Source: Calditrichales bacterium (GTDB lineage Bacteria > Calditrichota > Calditrichia > Calditrichales > J004). From it: a stretch of 64,000 bases of DNA. Below, in pieces: positions 8,657 through 18,511 of this stretch. The notes beneath the pieces were generated by a model that saw nothing but the letters and a program-made list of their open reading frames with translations, ran no database searches and was not told where the DNA came from. Each line of letters starts with the position of its first letter. Positions within the stretch are counted from its first letter, which is position 1. The stretch lies in NCBI GenBank assembly GCA_965267575.1, contig OZ254086.1, positions 1,248,001 through 1,312,000 on the forward strand. Reading direction: 5' to 3'. The position numbers and the translations under genes are program-made.

Positions 8657-9403
8657 ATGGCAAAAAGACCGGAAATTTTTAACAATATCCACATCGTGCT
8701 GGTAGAACCGGAAAACCCCGGCAACATCGGGGCGGCGGCGCGGGCCATGAAAACCTGTGGCCTCAGCCGGATGATCCTCGTGCGGCCGCAATGCGACCTG
8801 GACCATGAGGATGTACGCAAAATGGCTCACCGCTCGCGGGACATCGTCAAAAGCGCCCGGCTGGAAGAGGACCTGACCGTCGTCCTGAACGACATGCATT
8901 TCAGCATCGGTACGACTATGCGCAGACGACACACACGTTTTCCTTACTACAGTCCGCCGGAGATCAGCGACAAAATATTCAGCATGGGTAAAGACAGGAA
9001 ATCCGCGTTGGTGTTTGGCAACGAGCGCAACGGCCTCTCCAACGACGATCTCGAACTGTGCATGGTGCGCTCCACCATCGCCACGGCCACGCAGAATCCT
9101 GCGCTGAACCTGGCCCAGTCGATCATGATCTATTGCCACACATTGTACAGCAACGCACTGGAAAACAAAGGCAGCTACGGCTGGGAAAGCGCCACCTCGC
9201 AGCAACTGGAAACCATTTACGCTCGATTACGCCAAGCCTTGGAAAATAGGGGTTTTGAACCCAACGACGGCATGGATGCCTTCATCACACGCTTTAAACG
9301 CATACTGGGCCGCGCCCAACCGGAAGAACGCGACGTAATGCTGCTGCATAAAATTTTGCAGGTGCTGGACAGGGAAGATCGAAGAAAAAAAAATAAAAGA
9401 TGA
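8657..9403 (+). CDS. trmJ: SPOUT RNA methyltransferase, TrmJ/LasT family
   Basis: VLVEPENPGNIGAAARAMK, LVFGNERNGLSN, LNLAQS. Confidence 0.88.
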   Translation: MAKRPEIFNNIHIVLVEPENPGNIGAAARAMKTCGLSRMILVRPQCDLDHEDVRKMAHRSRDIVKSARLEEDLTVVLNDMHFSIGTTMRRRHTRFPYYSPPEISDKIFSMGKDRKSALVFGNERNGLSNDDLELCMVRSTIATATQNPALNLAQSIMIYCHTLYSNALENKGSYGWESATSQQLETIYARLRQALENRGFEPNDGMDAFITRFKRILGRAQPEERDVMLLHKILQVLDREDRRKKNKR

Positions 9404-9407
9404 AAAT

Positions 9408-9435
9408 GTAGAGACGCAAAATTTTGCGTCTCTAC
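9408..9435. repeat. perfect 28-bp GTAG-type REP-like palindrome
   Basis: GTAGAGACGCAAAA|TTTTGCGTCTCTAC between convergent genes. Confidence 0.85.
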
Positions 9436-9452
9436 GTCTTTAACAGGCGCGT

Positions 9453-10520
9453 TTAATCCACCCACTCCGCAAGGAAAACGTTGGTATCGCGTGGGTTGCG
9501 GTTGGCACGGTTGCTGGCAAATACCAGGTGCTTGCCGTCGCTGGTAAACATGGGGAAGCCGTCAAACTGTTCGTGAAAAGTAATCTGCTTCAGGCCGCTG
9601 CCGTCTTCATTGATCATCCACAGGTTAAAATCCGGCTGGCGCGGGTTTGTGCTGCCCAGGCTGCTGCTAAAGAGGATGCGCTTGTTGTCGGGATGAAAGA
9701 ACGGCGCGAAATTGGCGAACTCATTATCGGTCACCTGGCGCTTGTTGGAACCGTCGGCATCCATCACCCATACCTGGAAATTACCCGGACGTATCATTTC
9801 CTGTGCCAGTAAATCCTTATATGTTTTGATCTCATCCTCGGTTTTGGGGTGGTAGCTGCGGTAAACGATTTTGCTGCCGTCCCAGCTGAAAAACGGACCA
9901 CCGTCATAACCCAGCGCGTCGGTCAGCCGCTTCAGGTCGCTGCCATCGATATTGCAGGAGTAGATGTCCAGGTCGCCATCTCGCTGCGATGTGAAAACAA
10001 TGCGATCACCCTGCGGTGACACGGTGGCTTCGGCGTCATAACCGGGTGCCGGCAAAAAGGGACGCGGGTTGCTGCCATCTGCATTGGCGATATACATGTC
10101 AAACGTGCTGTAGACCTTCCAGACATAGCCCTGCGAAAAATCGGGTGGCGGCGGGCAGGCGCTGTCCGCGGCATGGGTGGAAGCGTAGATAATGGCGCTG
10201 TCACCGGGCAGGAAATAGGAGCAGGTGGTGCGACCGTAACCGGTGCTGACCAGCTTCTTGTTGCTGCCATCCAAATCCATCGTAAAAATCTGATCGCATT
10301 CATACGGACCGTGCTTGCTTTGATAGATCAGCTTATCTTCGGTAAAATTAAAATATGCTTCGGCGTTTTCACCTTCCGTCGTCAGCATTTTAATATTGCG
10401 CAGATGTTTTTCCTGCTCGTAGCGCAGGGTGTCGGCCGCCGGATCGTAGGCCTGTTGTTTTTGCTCGCTGCCGCAGGCTGTTAATAAAGCAAGGATAGTC
10501 ATGAACAATATGTAGCGCAT
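9453..10520 (-). CDS. PD40/TolB-like beta-propeller lipoprotein
   Basis: Lipobox LTAC; repeated SPxGDRIVFTS / FSWDGSKIVY / FHPDNKRILF / FTSDGKHLVF PD40 motifs. Confidence 0.88.
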   Translation of the reverse strand: MRYILFMTILALLTACGSEQKQQAYDPAADTLRYEQEKHLRNIKMLTTEGENAEAYFNFTEDKLIYQSKHGPYECDQIFTMDLDGSNKKLVSTGYGRTTCSYFLPGDSAIIYASTHAADSACPPPPDFSQGYVWKVYSTFDMYIANADGSNPRPFLPAPGYDAEATVSPQGDRIVFTSQRDGDLDIYSCNIDGSDLKRLTDALGYDGGPFFSWDGSKIVYRSYHPKTEDEIKTYKDLLAQEMIRPGNFQVWVMDADGSNKRQVTDNEFANFAPFFHPDNKRILFSSSLGSTNPRQPDFNLWMINEDGSGLKQITFHEQFDGFPMFTSDGKHLVFASNRANRNPRDTNVFLAEWVD

Positions 10521-10536
10521 TGTCGTCTCCGTTTTA

Positions 10537-10709
10537 AGATCCCGGCGCGGCTCGCCAGCCGGGATGACATTTTATCTTTTTTCATTTTCCTAATCACAAT
10601 CATTCTCAGATCCCCATCCCCCTTGCCTCGTGTCATTCCCGTGAAAACGGGAATCCATTACCGATTGCTGCCACTGGCCCGCTGGATTCCCGCCTGCGCG
10701 GGAATGACA
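10537..10709. repeat. REP-like palindromes of the GTCA/TGAC family (dRS3-like ATTCCC-N8-GGGAAT pair)
   Basis: TGTCATTCCCGTGAAAACGGGAATCCA (10631-10657) is inverted relative to TGGATTCCCGCCTGCGCGGGAATGACA (10683-10709); AGATCCCGG...CCGGGATGAC at 10537-10568. Confidence 0.8.
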
Positions 10710-10736
10710 TTACCGGCCCCCGCCTTGAGCTCGTGC

Positions 10737-12128
10737 TTAAATATGCACCGCTTCGCCTTCCGCATCGGCGGCCGCTTCCATGATCATCTCCGACAGCGTG
10801 GGGTGGGCGTGAACCGTTTTGCTCAACTCTACCGGCGTTGCTTCAAGTGACTTGGCCATGCCCAGCTCGGCGATCAGTTCGGTTGCTTCGGTGCCCACAA
10901 TGTGCGCGCCCAGCAGCTCGCCGTATTTTTTATCAAAGATCAGCTTAACCATACCTTCTTTGGCGCCGATGGCGCGGGCCTTGCCGGAAGCGCTGTAGGG
11001 AAATTTGCCGACCTTCACATCGTAACCGGCCTCTTTGGCCTTCTCTTCTGTCATACCGATACTGGCCACCTGCGGCTGGCAATAGGTACAACCGGGAATA
11101 CTGTTGTAATCGATGGCATGCGTTTTTACTCCGGCGATTTTTTCCACGCAGACGATGCCCTCATGCGAAGCCACGTGCGCCAGCAGCGGCGGCCCGATGA
11201 CATCGCCAATGGCGTAGACGCCCTTCACGCCGGTTTCATACCATTCGTTGACCTTAATAAAACTCTTTTCTGTTTTAACGCCGATACCTTCCAGGTTAAT
11301 ATTTTCGATGTTGCCTTGGATGCCAATGGCCATCAGCGCTTTTTCGCCTTTCAGCGTTTCCTTCTTGTCCTTTACGGAAACGGTAACATTAACGCCGCTT
11401 TTCAGTGTTTTGACCTCTTCCACTTTGGCACCCGTCAGCACTTTGATGCCTGCTTTTTTGAAACTCTTCTCCAGTACCTTGGAAATCTCCTTGTCCTCAA
11501 TTGGCAGCAGTTGGTCCATCATTTCTACGATTGTTACCTCGGTGCCGATGGAGTTATAGAAATAGGCAAACTCAACGCCAATAGCCCCGGCCCCGATGAT
11601 CACCATCGACTTGGGCTGCTTGGGCAGGTTCATCGCCTGGAAATAGCTGATCACCTGTTCACCGTCAATTTCCACATTAGGGATACTGCGCGGCCTGCCA
11701 CCTGTCGAAACGATAATGTGCTTGCCTTTTACTTCGCTTTTTTTGCCGTTTTTGTCCTTAACTTCCAGCGTACCGGGGTCTTTAATACGACCATCTCCAT
11801 GGATCACATCAATCTTGTTCTTCTTCATCAGGTATTCCACACCCTTGGAGTTGGTGTCAGCCACGCCGCGGCTGCGTTTGATAACGGCCGGGAAATCAAC
11901 GGAGAATTTATCCAGTTTGAAACCATACTCTTTGGCATGCTGCATCTCTTCGTATACTTCTGCGCTTTTCAGCAGGGCCTTGGTGGGAATACAGCCCCAG
12001 TTCAGGCAGATGCCGCCCAGCTTGTCGCGCTCCACCAGCGCCGTTTTCATGCCCAACTGCGAGGCGCGGATTGCCGCCACATAACCACCCGGTCCGGAAC
12101 CCAGAACCACAACATCATACTGCGCCAT
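10737..12128 (-). CDS. lpdA: dihydrolipoyl dehydrogenase
   Basis: GSGPGGYVAA, GGICLNWGCIPTK, GAGAIGVE, HPTLSE. Confidence 0.97.
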   Translation of the reverse strand: MAQYDVVVLGSGPGGYVAAIRASQLGMKTALVERDKLGGICLNWGCIPTKALLKSAEVYEEMQHAKEYGFKLDKFSVDFPAVIKRSRGVADTNSKGVEYLMKKNKIDVIHGDGRIKDPGTLEVKDKNGKKSEVKGKHIIVSTGGRPRSIPNVEIDGEQVISYFQAMNLPKQPKSMVIIGAGAIGVEFAYFYNSIGTEVTIVEMMDQLLPIEDKEISKVLEKSFKKAGIKVLTGAKVEEVKTLKSGVNVTVSVKDKKETLKGEKALMAIGIQGNIENINLEGIGVKTEKSFIKVNEWYETGVKGVYAIGDVIGPPLLAHVASHEGIVCVEKIAGVKTHAIDYNSIPGCTYCQPQVASIGMTEEKAKEAGYDVKVGKFPYSASGKARAIGAKEGMVKLIFDKKYGELLGAHIVGTEATELIAELGMAKSLEATPVELSKTVHAHPTLSEMIMEAAADAEGEAVHI

Positions 12129-12228
12129 GATCACTCCAATCTTTTCATTATGTATTTTTTTTGAAAGCAAGAAACAGGGCAAAAAATTACGTGCAGGCCT
12201 TTAAAAATGCAAAAGCGTTTAAGCGGGA

Positions 12229-12634
12229 AGCCACAGAGGGTGCAGAGTACTGCACAGAGAACACTGAGATAATTAATAGGATATGTAAAAGAATGCGAAG
12301 TGGTTCTAACGACGCCTTTAAATTTTGTGTCACTATTACATGGTTTATAGAGCATAACAACATCTATCCTCATAATCGTTTTTAAATTAAAACTTTGTGC
12401 TCTCTGTGAAGCACTCCGTGAACTCTGTGGTTAATAAAGTGAGAGGACCTTAGCGGGAAACTACGGATTTAGGCAGGCTCGCTTAATTGAGATGCTGAAA
12501 CGAGTTCAGCATGACGCAGCTATTTTTGCTGGCACTATTATATGGTTAATAGAATTAAATGGTTTTTGTCCCTATACTCATTCCATAGTTTTAAGCTCTG
12601 TGCTCTCTGTGAAGCGCTCAGTGAACTCTGTGGT
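12229..12634. repeat. two tandem CACAGAG/CTCTGTG inverted-arm cassettes with an embedded TGAC-family REP
   Basis: Left arm 12229-12268; near-identical right arms at 12393-12432 and 12596-12634; AGATGCTGAAACGAGTTCAGCATGAC at 12490-12515. Confidence 0.75.
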
Positions 12635-12654
12635 AAAAATGAAAGGGGCGAGAA

Positions 12655-13164
12655 ATGAAAAAGATCCTGATGTTTGTTGAAGACGTATATGAAGATCTGG
12701 AACTATGGTATCCGCGTATCCGCATGGAGGAAGCCGGCTATAAGGTGGATGTGGCCGGGCCGGATAAAGGTAAGGTCTACAAGGGAAAAAACGGCTACCC
12801 CTGCCGCAGCACGATCGCGCTGGATGACGTAAAAGCAGCCGAGTATGTCGGATTGATTATCCCCGGTGGTTTTGCACCCGATAAGCTGCGACGCATGGAT
12901 GTGGTAAAGGACCTGACGCTCCATTTTCACGAAAACGGCAAGCTGCTGGCGCACATTTGCCACGCCGGCTGGATACCCATTTCGGCAGGTATTATGGAGG
13001 GTTTCCGCTGTACCTCCACGCCCGGCATAAAGGACGATCTGGAAAATGCCGGAGCCACATGGCTGGACGAAGAAGTGGTGGTGGATAGGCATATGGTTTC
13101 CAGCAGGCGCCCGGATGATCTGCCGGCCTTTTGTAAAGCGATTTTGGCATATCTGGAAAAGTAA
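12655..13164 (+). CDS. PfpI/DJ-1 family type 1 glutamine amidotransferase-like protein
   Basis: YEDLELWYP, IPGGFAPDKLR, ICHAGW, SRRPDDLPAF. Confidence 0.93.
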   Translation: MKKILMFVEDVYEDLELWYPRIRMEEAGYKVDVAGPDKGKVYKGKNGYPCRSTIALDDVKAAEYVGLIIPGGFAPDKLRRMDVVKDLTLHFHENGKLLAHICHAGWIPISAGIMEGFRCTSTPGIKDDLENAGATWLDEEVVVDRHMVSSRRPDDLPAFCKAILAYLEK

Positions 13165-13260
13165 CATTCAGGTATACGCAGTGTGGGCTTACCCGGCCTC
13201 TGTAATTTGAGTTTTGCACTTGGAATTTCTGCCCGTTTGACCTTTTCTGCTTCCGGCAAG

Positions 13261-13297
13261 AGATTCCGGTATGGCAAAAACGGCCAACCGGAATGAC
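13261..13297. repeat. TGAC-family REP-like hairpin
   Basis: AGATTCCGGT...ACCGGAATGAC. Confidence 0.6.
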
Positions 13298-13399
13298 AGG
13301 CAAAGAAGGCTCTAATATTTAGTGTCTAAAACAATTTACTTTGATTTTTTGCCTCCGTAACTTCCATTCCTGTCTAACCGTGACGAATGAGGATTTACT

Positions 13400-14779
13400 A
13401 TGAAAAACGTTCTTGTTCTTGGGGCCGGGAAAAGCAGCCCTTACCTGATACATTATCTGCTTGAAAACGCGCAGAGGTATGACTGGTTTGTAACTGTCGC
13501 CGATCGTGACCTGGATCTGGCCAAAAGCCGCATCAATAACCACGTGCGGGGAACGGCCATCCATTTTGACATAAACGATCGCGAAATGCGCGCCAAACAC
13601 GTAAAAAAAGCCGATGTGGTCGTAAATATGCTGGCACCGCGTTTTCAGCACATGGTGTCGCTGGCCTGTGTAGAAGGCAACACGCACATGATATCGGTTT
13701 CGTACGAAGACCGCCGTATCCGCGAACTGGAAAGCGACGCCCAGCGCCGCGGCCTGCTGATGCTCACCGAGATCGGCCTCGACCCCGGCATTGACCACAT
13801 GTCCGCCGCGGAAATTCTGGACCGCATCCGTGAAGACAGCGGCTCTGTTACCGTTTTTGAATCTTACGGAGGTGGTCTGCCCGCGCTGGACTCGCTCAAT
13901 AATCCGCTTAAGTATGTAATCAGCTGGAATCCGCGCAACGTGGTGATGGCCGGCTCCAGCGGGGCACAGTATATCCGCAACGGCAAGATAAAGATCATCC
14001 CTTATCATAATGTATTCCGCCACTCATGGGACGTGCAGGTGGAGGGCATGGGTCAAATGGAAGCTTACCCGAACCGGGATTCCATTACCTACCAGTTGAA
14101 GTATGCTTTCAAGCAGGCTAAAACTGTTATCCGCGCCACGTTGCGCTATCCCGGCTGGAGCGAAACCTGGCACGAAATTGTGCGACTTGGGCTGCCAAAC
14201 GAAGATTTGCGCATACCCAATCTAAAAAACAAAACCTATGCCGATTTAACCGAGATGTTTTTGCCGCTGCAAGTACGCGGCGAAGACCTCTATAGCCGTG
14301 TAGCCAATTTTCTCAATATCAGCCCCACCGGCGAGATCATGAAAAAGCTGCGCTGGCTGGGTCTATTCTCAGAAGAAAAAATCGGTATTGATGTGGAAAC
14401 CGCGGCCGAGGTGATGACGCATCTGCTCAGCGAAAAACTGAAGCTGACGCCCGACATCCGCGATATGGTGGTATTGGTGCACAAGATAGATGTGAAGTAT
14501 CCTGATAAAAGAAAGAACGAGCGGATTGTCTCAACGATGATCCACAACGGAGAACGCGGCGGTTTTACGGCCATGTCCAAATCCGTGGGTTTGCCTGCGG
14601 CGATTGTGGCCAGGCTTTTGCTGAACAATGAATTGCCGCTGACGGGCTGCCATATTCCCACACATCCGGCGATTTACCGTCCCGTGTTGAAAGAGCTGGC
14701 GGAGTACGGGCTGACCTTCAGCGAGACGAGCTATCCGCTGAAAACAAAAGCGAAAAAGACAATCAAGAAAACAGCCTGA
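13400..14779 (+). CDS. saccharopine dehydrogenase family protein
   Basis: LGAGKSS, EIGLDPGIDHMSA, SYGGGLP, EAYPNRDS, RATLRYPG, TAMSKSVGLP. Confidence 0.93.
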   Translation: MKNVLVLGAGKSSPYLIHYLLENAQRYDWFVTVADRDLDLAKSRINNHVRGTAIHFDINDREMRAKHVKKADVVVNMLAPRFQHMVSLACVEGNTHMISVSYEDRRIRELESDAQRRGLLMLTEIGLDPGIDHMSAAEILDRIREDSGSVTVFESYGGGLPALDSLNNPLKYVISWNPRNVVMAGSSGAQYIRNGKIKIIPYHNVFRHSWDVQVEGMGQMEAYPNRDSITYQLKYAFKQAKTVIRATLRYPGWSETWHEIVRLGLPNEDLRIPNLKNKTYADLTEMFLPLQVRGEDLYSRVANFLNISPTGEIMKKLRWLGLFSEEKIGIDVETAAEVMTHLLSEKLKLTPDIRDMVVLVHKIDVKYPDKRKNERIVSTMIHNGERGGFTAMSKSVGLPAAIVARLLLNNELPLTGCHIPTHPAIYRPVLKELAEYGLTFSETSYPLKTKAKKTIKKTA

Positions 14780-14793
14780 ACAATATAAATAAA

Positions 14794-14820
14794 AAGCGGA
14801 GTACAATATGTGCTCCGCTT
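14794..14820. terminator. hairpin, possible terminator
   Basis: AAGCGGAGTAC-aatat-GTGCTCCGCTT just after the stop codon. Confidence 0.5.
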
Positions 14821-15001
14821 AAAGCTCCGGTTTCGTGTATGGCACAAAAACAGCCGTCGCAGCGTAATTTTCCCGCCCCCGCTTCCTGAATAAGGGCCGC
14901 TTTTTTAATCGTTATAATAATTTGATACTATAAAGTAGCACTCAAATTTGTTTTGACTATATTTCATAGTAAGCATTCATAAAACCGGAAAGAGGTAAAA
15001 A

Positions 15002-16291
15002 ATGAAGAATGTAGTCATTGTAAATGGTCTCCGGACACCGTATGCCAAAATGGGTACCGCTTTTAAGGATATACCCGCCCATGAACTGGGGGCCACATTA
15101 TTGAAAGAGTTTATAAAAAGACTGGAAATCGACCCCAAGGATCTGGATGAAGTCATATTCGGGAATGTGGCACAGCCGCCAGAAGCAACCAACATCGCAC
15201 GTAATATTGCGCTGCTGGCCGGTGTACCTGAGAGCGTCCCTGCTTTCAGTGTGCAGCGTAACTGTTCCAGCGGCATGCAGTCAATCTCCGATGCCTGGTA
15301 CCGTATCCAAGTGGGTGAAGGCAGTATGTATGCCTGCGGTGGTGTGGAGAGCATGACCAATATCCCGCTGCTCTGGAATGATGAAGCGACGGAATGGTTT
15401 ACCTCCATGTTCAAGGCCAAAAGCGCCGGCAAAAAAATATCGACCATGGCCGGATTCAAACCGGGCTTCCTTAAGCCGGTCGTCGGACTGCAGCTTGGAC
15501 TTACCGATGGGTTCTGCGGCATGAATATGGGCGAAACGGCCGAACTGCTTTCACGCGAGTTTAAGATTGACCGGGAAGAGCAGGACAAATTTGCCATGCA
15601 CAGCCACAATCGCGCGGAGAAGGCGCAAAAGGACGGCTTTTACGATGATGAGGTGATGGCCGTGCCGATGCCGCCCAAATACAACGACGCGCTTGATCAT
15701 GACAACGGTGTGCGCAAAGGACAATCGATGGAAGCACTGGCCAAACTGCGTCCCGTTTTTGACAAACACAACGGAACGGTGACCGCCGGTAACGCCAGCC
15801 AGATTACCGACGGCGCCGCGGTCGTGCTGGTGATGGAAGAAAAGAAGGCCAAAGAGATGGGCTTTAAGCCGCTTGGCCGGATAAAGGCTTTCTCCTATGC
15901 CGGGCTGGATCCCAAACGCATGGGGCTGGGTCCCGCCTACAGCACAAAACTGGTGCTGGACAAAGCCGGCATGACCATGAAGGAGATGGAGCGCATCGAG
16001 ATTAATGAAGCTTTTGCCGTGCAGGTGCTGGCCAACATGCGCATTTTCGATTCCGAGGAGCTGAGCAAAAAGTATCTCGGTCTGAGCAAACCGCTCGGCG
16101 CTATCAATCATGACATCCTCAATGTAAACGGCGGTGCGATTGCACTTGGCCACCCGGTGGGTTCTTCTGGCACGCGTCTGGTTCATACCCTGCTGCGCGA
16201 ACTGAAACGCGCCGATAAGACGATCGGCCTGGCAACGTTGTGTGTGGGCGGCGGCCAGGGCGCGGCCTTTGTTCTGGAAAGAATGAACTAA
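15002..16291 (+). CDS. fadI: acetyl-CoA C-acyltransferase (thiolase, FadI-like)
   Basis: NCSSG, NEAFA, GHPVGSSG, CVGGGQG; directly upstream of a fadJ-like gene. Confidence 0.9.
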   Translation: MKNVVIVNGLRTPYAKMGTAFKDIPAHELGATLLKEFIKRLEIDPKDLDEVIFGNVAQPPEATNIARNIALLAGVPESVPAFSVQRNCSSGMQSISDAWYRIQVGEGSMYACGGVESMTNIPLLWNDEATEWFTSMFKAKSAGKKISTMAGFKPGFLKPVVGLQLGLTDGFCGMNMGETAELLSREFKIDREEQDKFAMHSHNRAEKAQKDGFYDDEVMAVPMPPKYNDALDHDNGVRKGQSMEALAKLRPVFDKHNGTVTAGNASQITDGAAVVLVMEEKKAKEMGFKPLGRIKAFSYAGLDPKRMGLGPAYSTKLVLDKAGMTMKEMERIEINEAFAVQVLANMRIFDSEELSKKYLGLSKPLGAINHDILNVNGGAIALGHPVGSSGTRLVHTLLRELKRADKTIGLATLCVGGGQGAAFVLERMN

Positions 16292-16345
16292 CCCCGGGAT
16301 GGCAAAGACAAAACCAATCATCGCCAAACGGGAAGGATAACAATA

Positions 16346-18481
16346 ATGGCACAAGCATTTCACTTTAAAAAAACGAATGATGATATCGGGATTTTGCTTT
16401 TTGATTTACCCGGACAAAAGGTGAACAAATTCTCCACCGACGTGATGCAGGAGCTTGAGAACCAGCTTACTGAACTGGCAAAGGAAAAACTTAAGGCCCT
16501 GATTATCGCCAGCGGAAAGGAAAATATTTTCATCGCCGGCGCCGATATCAATGAGATCAAAGACATCACGGATGCGGAAAAAGGCTACGAAGTGGGCCGC
16601 AGGGGGCAGCAAATATTTCAGCAGCTTGCCGACCTGCCCTACCCGACCATCGCGTTGATACATGGCGCCAGCATGGGCGGCGGCACGGAAATGTCCCTGG
16701 CCTGCAGCTACCGCCTGGCCAGCGACGCCGATAAGACAAAAATAGCCCTGCCCGAAGTCAATCTCGGTATCCTGCCGGGTTGGGGCGGCACGCAAAGACT
16801 ACCCAGGCTGATCGGTATCCAGAAAGCGCTGGATGTTATTTTGACCGGGCGCAAGCTGGACGCTAAACGCGCCCTGCGCTACGGTCTGGTCGATAAAATC
16901 GTTGCCGCGGAGTGGCGGTTGGACCGGGCACTGACCTTTGCCCGCGAAATCGTGTTGGGCAAGGGCGAAAGCTATCTGAAAAAGCGCCGTCAGAACAGCC
17001 TGCAATCTTTCATGCTGGAAAAGACGCCTTTCGGACGCGCCGTCATGTTCAGCCAGGCGGAAAAGATGGTAATGAAAAAAAGCGGCGGTCATTACCCCGC
17101 CCCGCTAAAGGCGCTGGAAGTAATCAAGAAGACGCACGGTATGCGCCTTGAAAAAGGGCTGGACGTCGAAGCACGGGCCCTGGGCGAACTCATCGTCACG
17201 CCTATCAGCAAGAATCTGGTTAAGATATTTTTCTGGACGGAAGAGATAAAAAAGGAAAACGGTACCGACAACAAAGAGCTTAAGCCGCGCGAAGTCAGCC
17301 ACAGCGGTATTCTTGGCGCGGGGACCATGGGCGGCGGTATTGCCCAGTTGTTCGCGTCAAAAGGCATCGACGTGCGTGTTAAAGACATCAACTATGAAGC
17401 GGTGAGCCAGGCTTACAAACAGGCGGACAAAGTGCTGAAAGGGCTGGTTAAGAAACGCCGCATCAGTAAGGACGAGCATCGCCGCGTATTACACCGCATC
17501 AGCGGCACAACGGACTACAGCGGCTTCCAAAAAACAGGCCTGGTGGTAGAAGCCGTCGTGGAAGACCTGGAAATAAAGAAAAAGGTGCTGGCCGAACTGG
17601 AAAAACATGTCAGCGAGGATACGGTCATCGCTACAAATACCTCTTCTTTGCGCGTGGATGATATGGCCGCCGCCCTGAAGAAAAAGGGGCGCTTCGTGGG
17701 TATGCACTTTTTTAACCCCGTGCACCGTATGCCACTGGTGGAGGTGGTGCGCGGCAAACACTCGGACGACGAAGCCATCGCCACGGTTTTTAACCTGTGT
17801 CAGCGTACCGGTAAAACGCCGATTGTTGTCAACGATGGTCCCGGTTTTCTGGTAAACCGGCTGCTTGTGCCCTATATGGTGGAAGCGATTTCCATGCTGC
17901 AGGAAGGTCACTCAGTGCAAAAACTGGATGGCGCGCTGCGCTCATTCGGCATGCCCATGGGACCCATCGAGCTGTTTGATGAAGTCGGCATCGATGTGGC
18001 GCATAAGGTGGCAAAAATCCTGCAAAAATTTATGGGCGACCGCATGGCCGATTCTGATCTGCTGGAGAAACTTGTAAACGATAAGCGCCTGGGTAAGAAA
18101 AACGGTATCGGTTTTTACCGCTATGATGACGGCAAGCGCGAGTATGACAAAAAAATTGAAGAGTACATCACCGTTAATCATAAAACAAAATTGACCGATC
18201 AGGAAATTGTGCGGCGGATGATCTATCCGATGATAAACGAGGCCGCGCGCTGTCTTGAGGAAAGGATCGCCCTGCGTCCCCGTGACGTGGATATCGGCAT
18301 GATCTTCGGGACGGGTTTTGCCCCCTTCCGCGGCGGACTGCTGACATATGCCGACAGTGAAGGGCTGGGCCAGGTCATCGATCAGCTTAAGGTTTTTGAG
18401 AAGAGCTTTGGCGAGCGCTTCAAGCCCGCGGCACACCTTTTAAAGGTGCACGAAAAGGAGAAGAACTTCTATAAGAATTAA
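16346..18481 (+). CDS. fadJ: fatty acid oxidation complex subunit alpha (enoyl-CoA hydratase/3-hydroxyacyl-CoA dehydrogenase)
   Basis: FIAGADI, GGGTE, LPEVNLGILPGWGGTQRLPRLIG, GAGTMGGGIA, GMHFFNP. Confidence 0.92.
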   Translation: MAQAFHFKKTNDDIGILLFDLPGQKVNKFSTDVMQELENQLTELAKEKLKALIIASGKENIFIAGADINEIKDITDAEKGYEVGRRGQQIFQQLADLPYPTIALIHGASMGGGTEMSLACSYRLASDADKTKIALPEVNLGILPGWGGTQRLPRLIGIQKALDVILTGRKLDAKRALRYGLVDKIVAAEWRLDRALTFAREIVLGKGESYLKKRRQNSLQSFMLEKTPFGRAVMFSQAEKMVMKKSGGHYPAPLKALEVIKKTHGMRLEKGLDVEARALGELIVTPISKNLVKIFFWTEEIKKENGTDNKELKPREVSHSGILGAGTMGGGIAQLFASKGIDVRVKDINYEAVSQAYKQADKVLKGLVKKRRISKDEHRRVLHRISGTTDYSGFQKTGLVVEAVVEDLEIKKKVLAELEKHVSEDTVIATNTSSLRVDDMAAALKKKGRFVGMHFFNPVHRMPLVEVVRGKHSDDEAIATVFNLCQRTGKTPIVVNDGPGFLVNRLLVPYMVEAISMLQEGHSVQKLDGALRSFGMPMGPIELFDEVGIDVAHKVAKILQKFMGDRMADSDLLEKLVNDKRLGKKNGIGFYRYDDGKREYDKKIEEYITVNHKTKLTDQEIVRRMIYPMINEAARCLEERIALRPRDVDIGMIFGTGFAPFRGGLLTYADSEGLGQVIDQLKVFEKSFGERFKPAAHLLKVHEKEKNFYKN

Positions 18482-18511
18482 GGCCCCTGTACGGCAATAC
18501 GGAGAGATACC

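Noticed and set aside
7857-9403. sfsA plus methyltransferase as a restriction-modification pair
   Set aside because: The methyltransferase is a SPOUT tRNA-type enzyme, not a DNA methyltransferase.
10623-10850. 75-aa ORF (VIPVKTGIH...WIPACAGMT)
   Set aside because: Translation of the ATTCCC/GGGAAT repeats plus antisense lpdA.
10902-12164. 420-aa plus-strand ORF
   Set aside because: Shadow ORF antisense to lpdA, with no recognisable motifs.
12131-12680. short ORFs in the lpdA-pfpI gap
   Set aside because: They read through the CACAGAG and REP repeats; no RBS and no recognisable GxxExxY or transposase motif.
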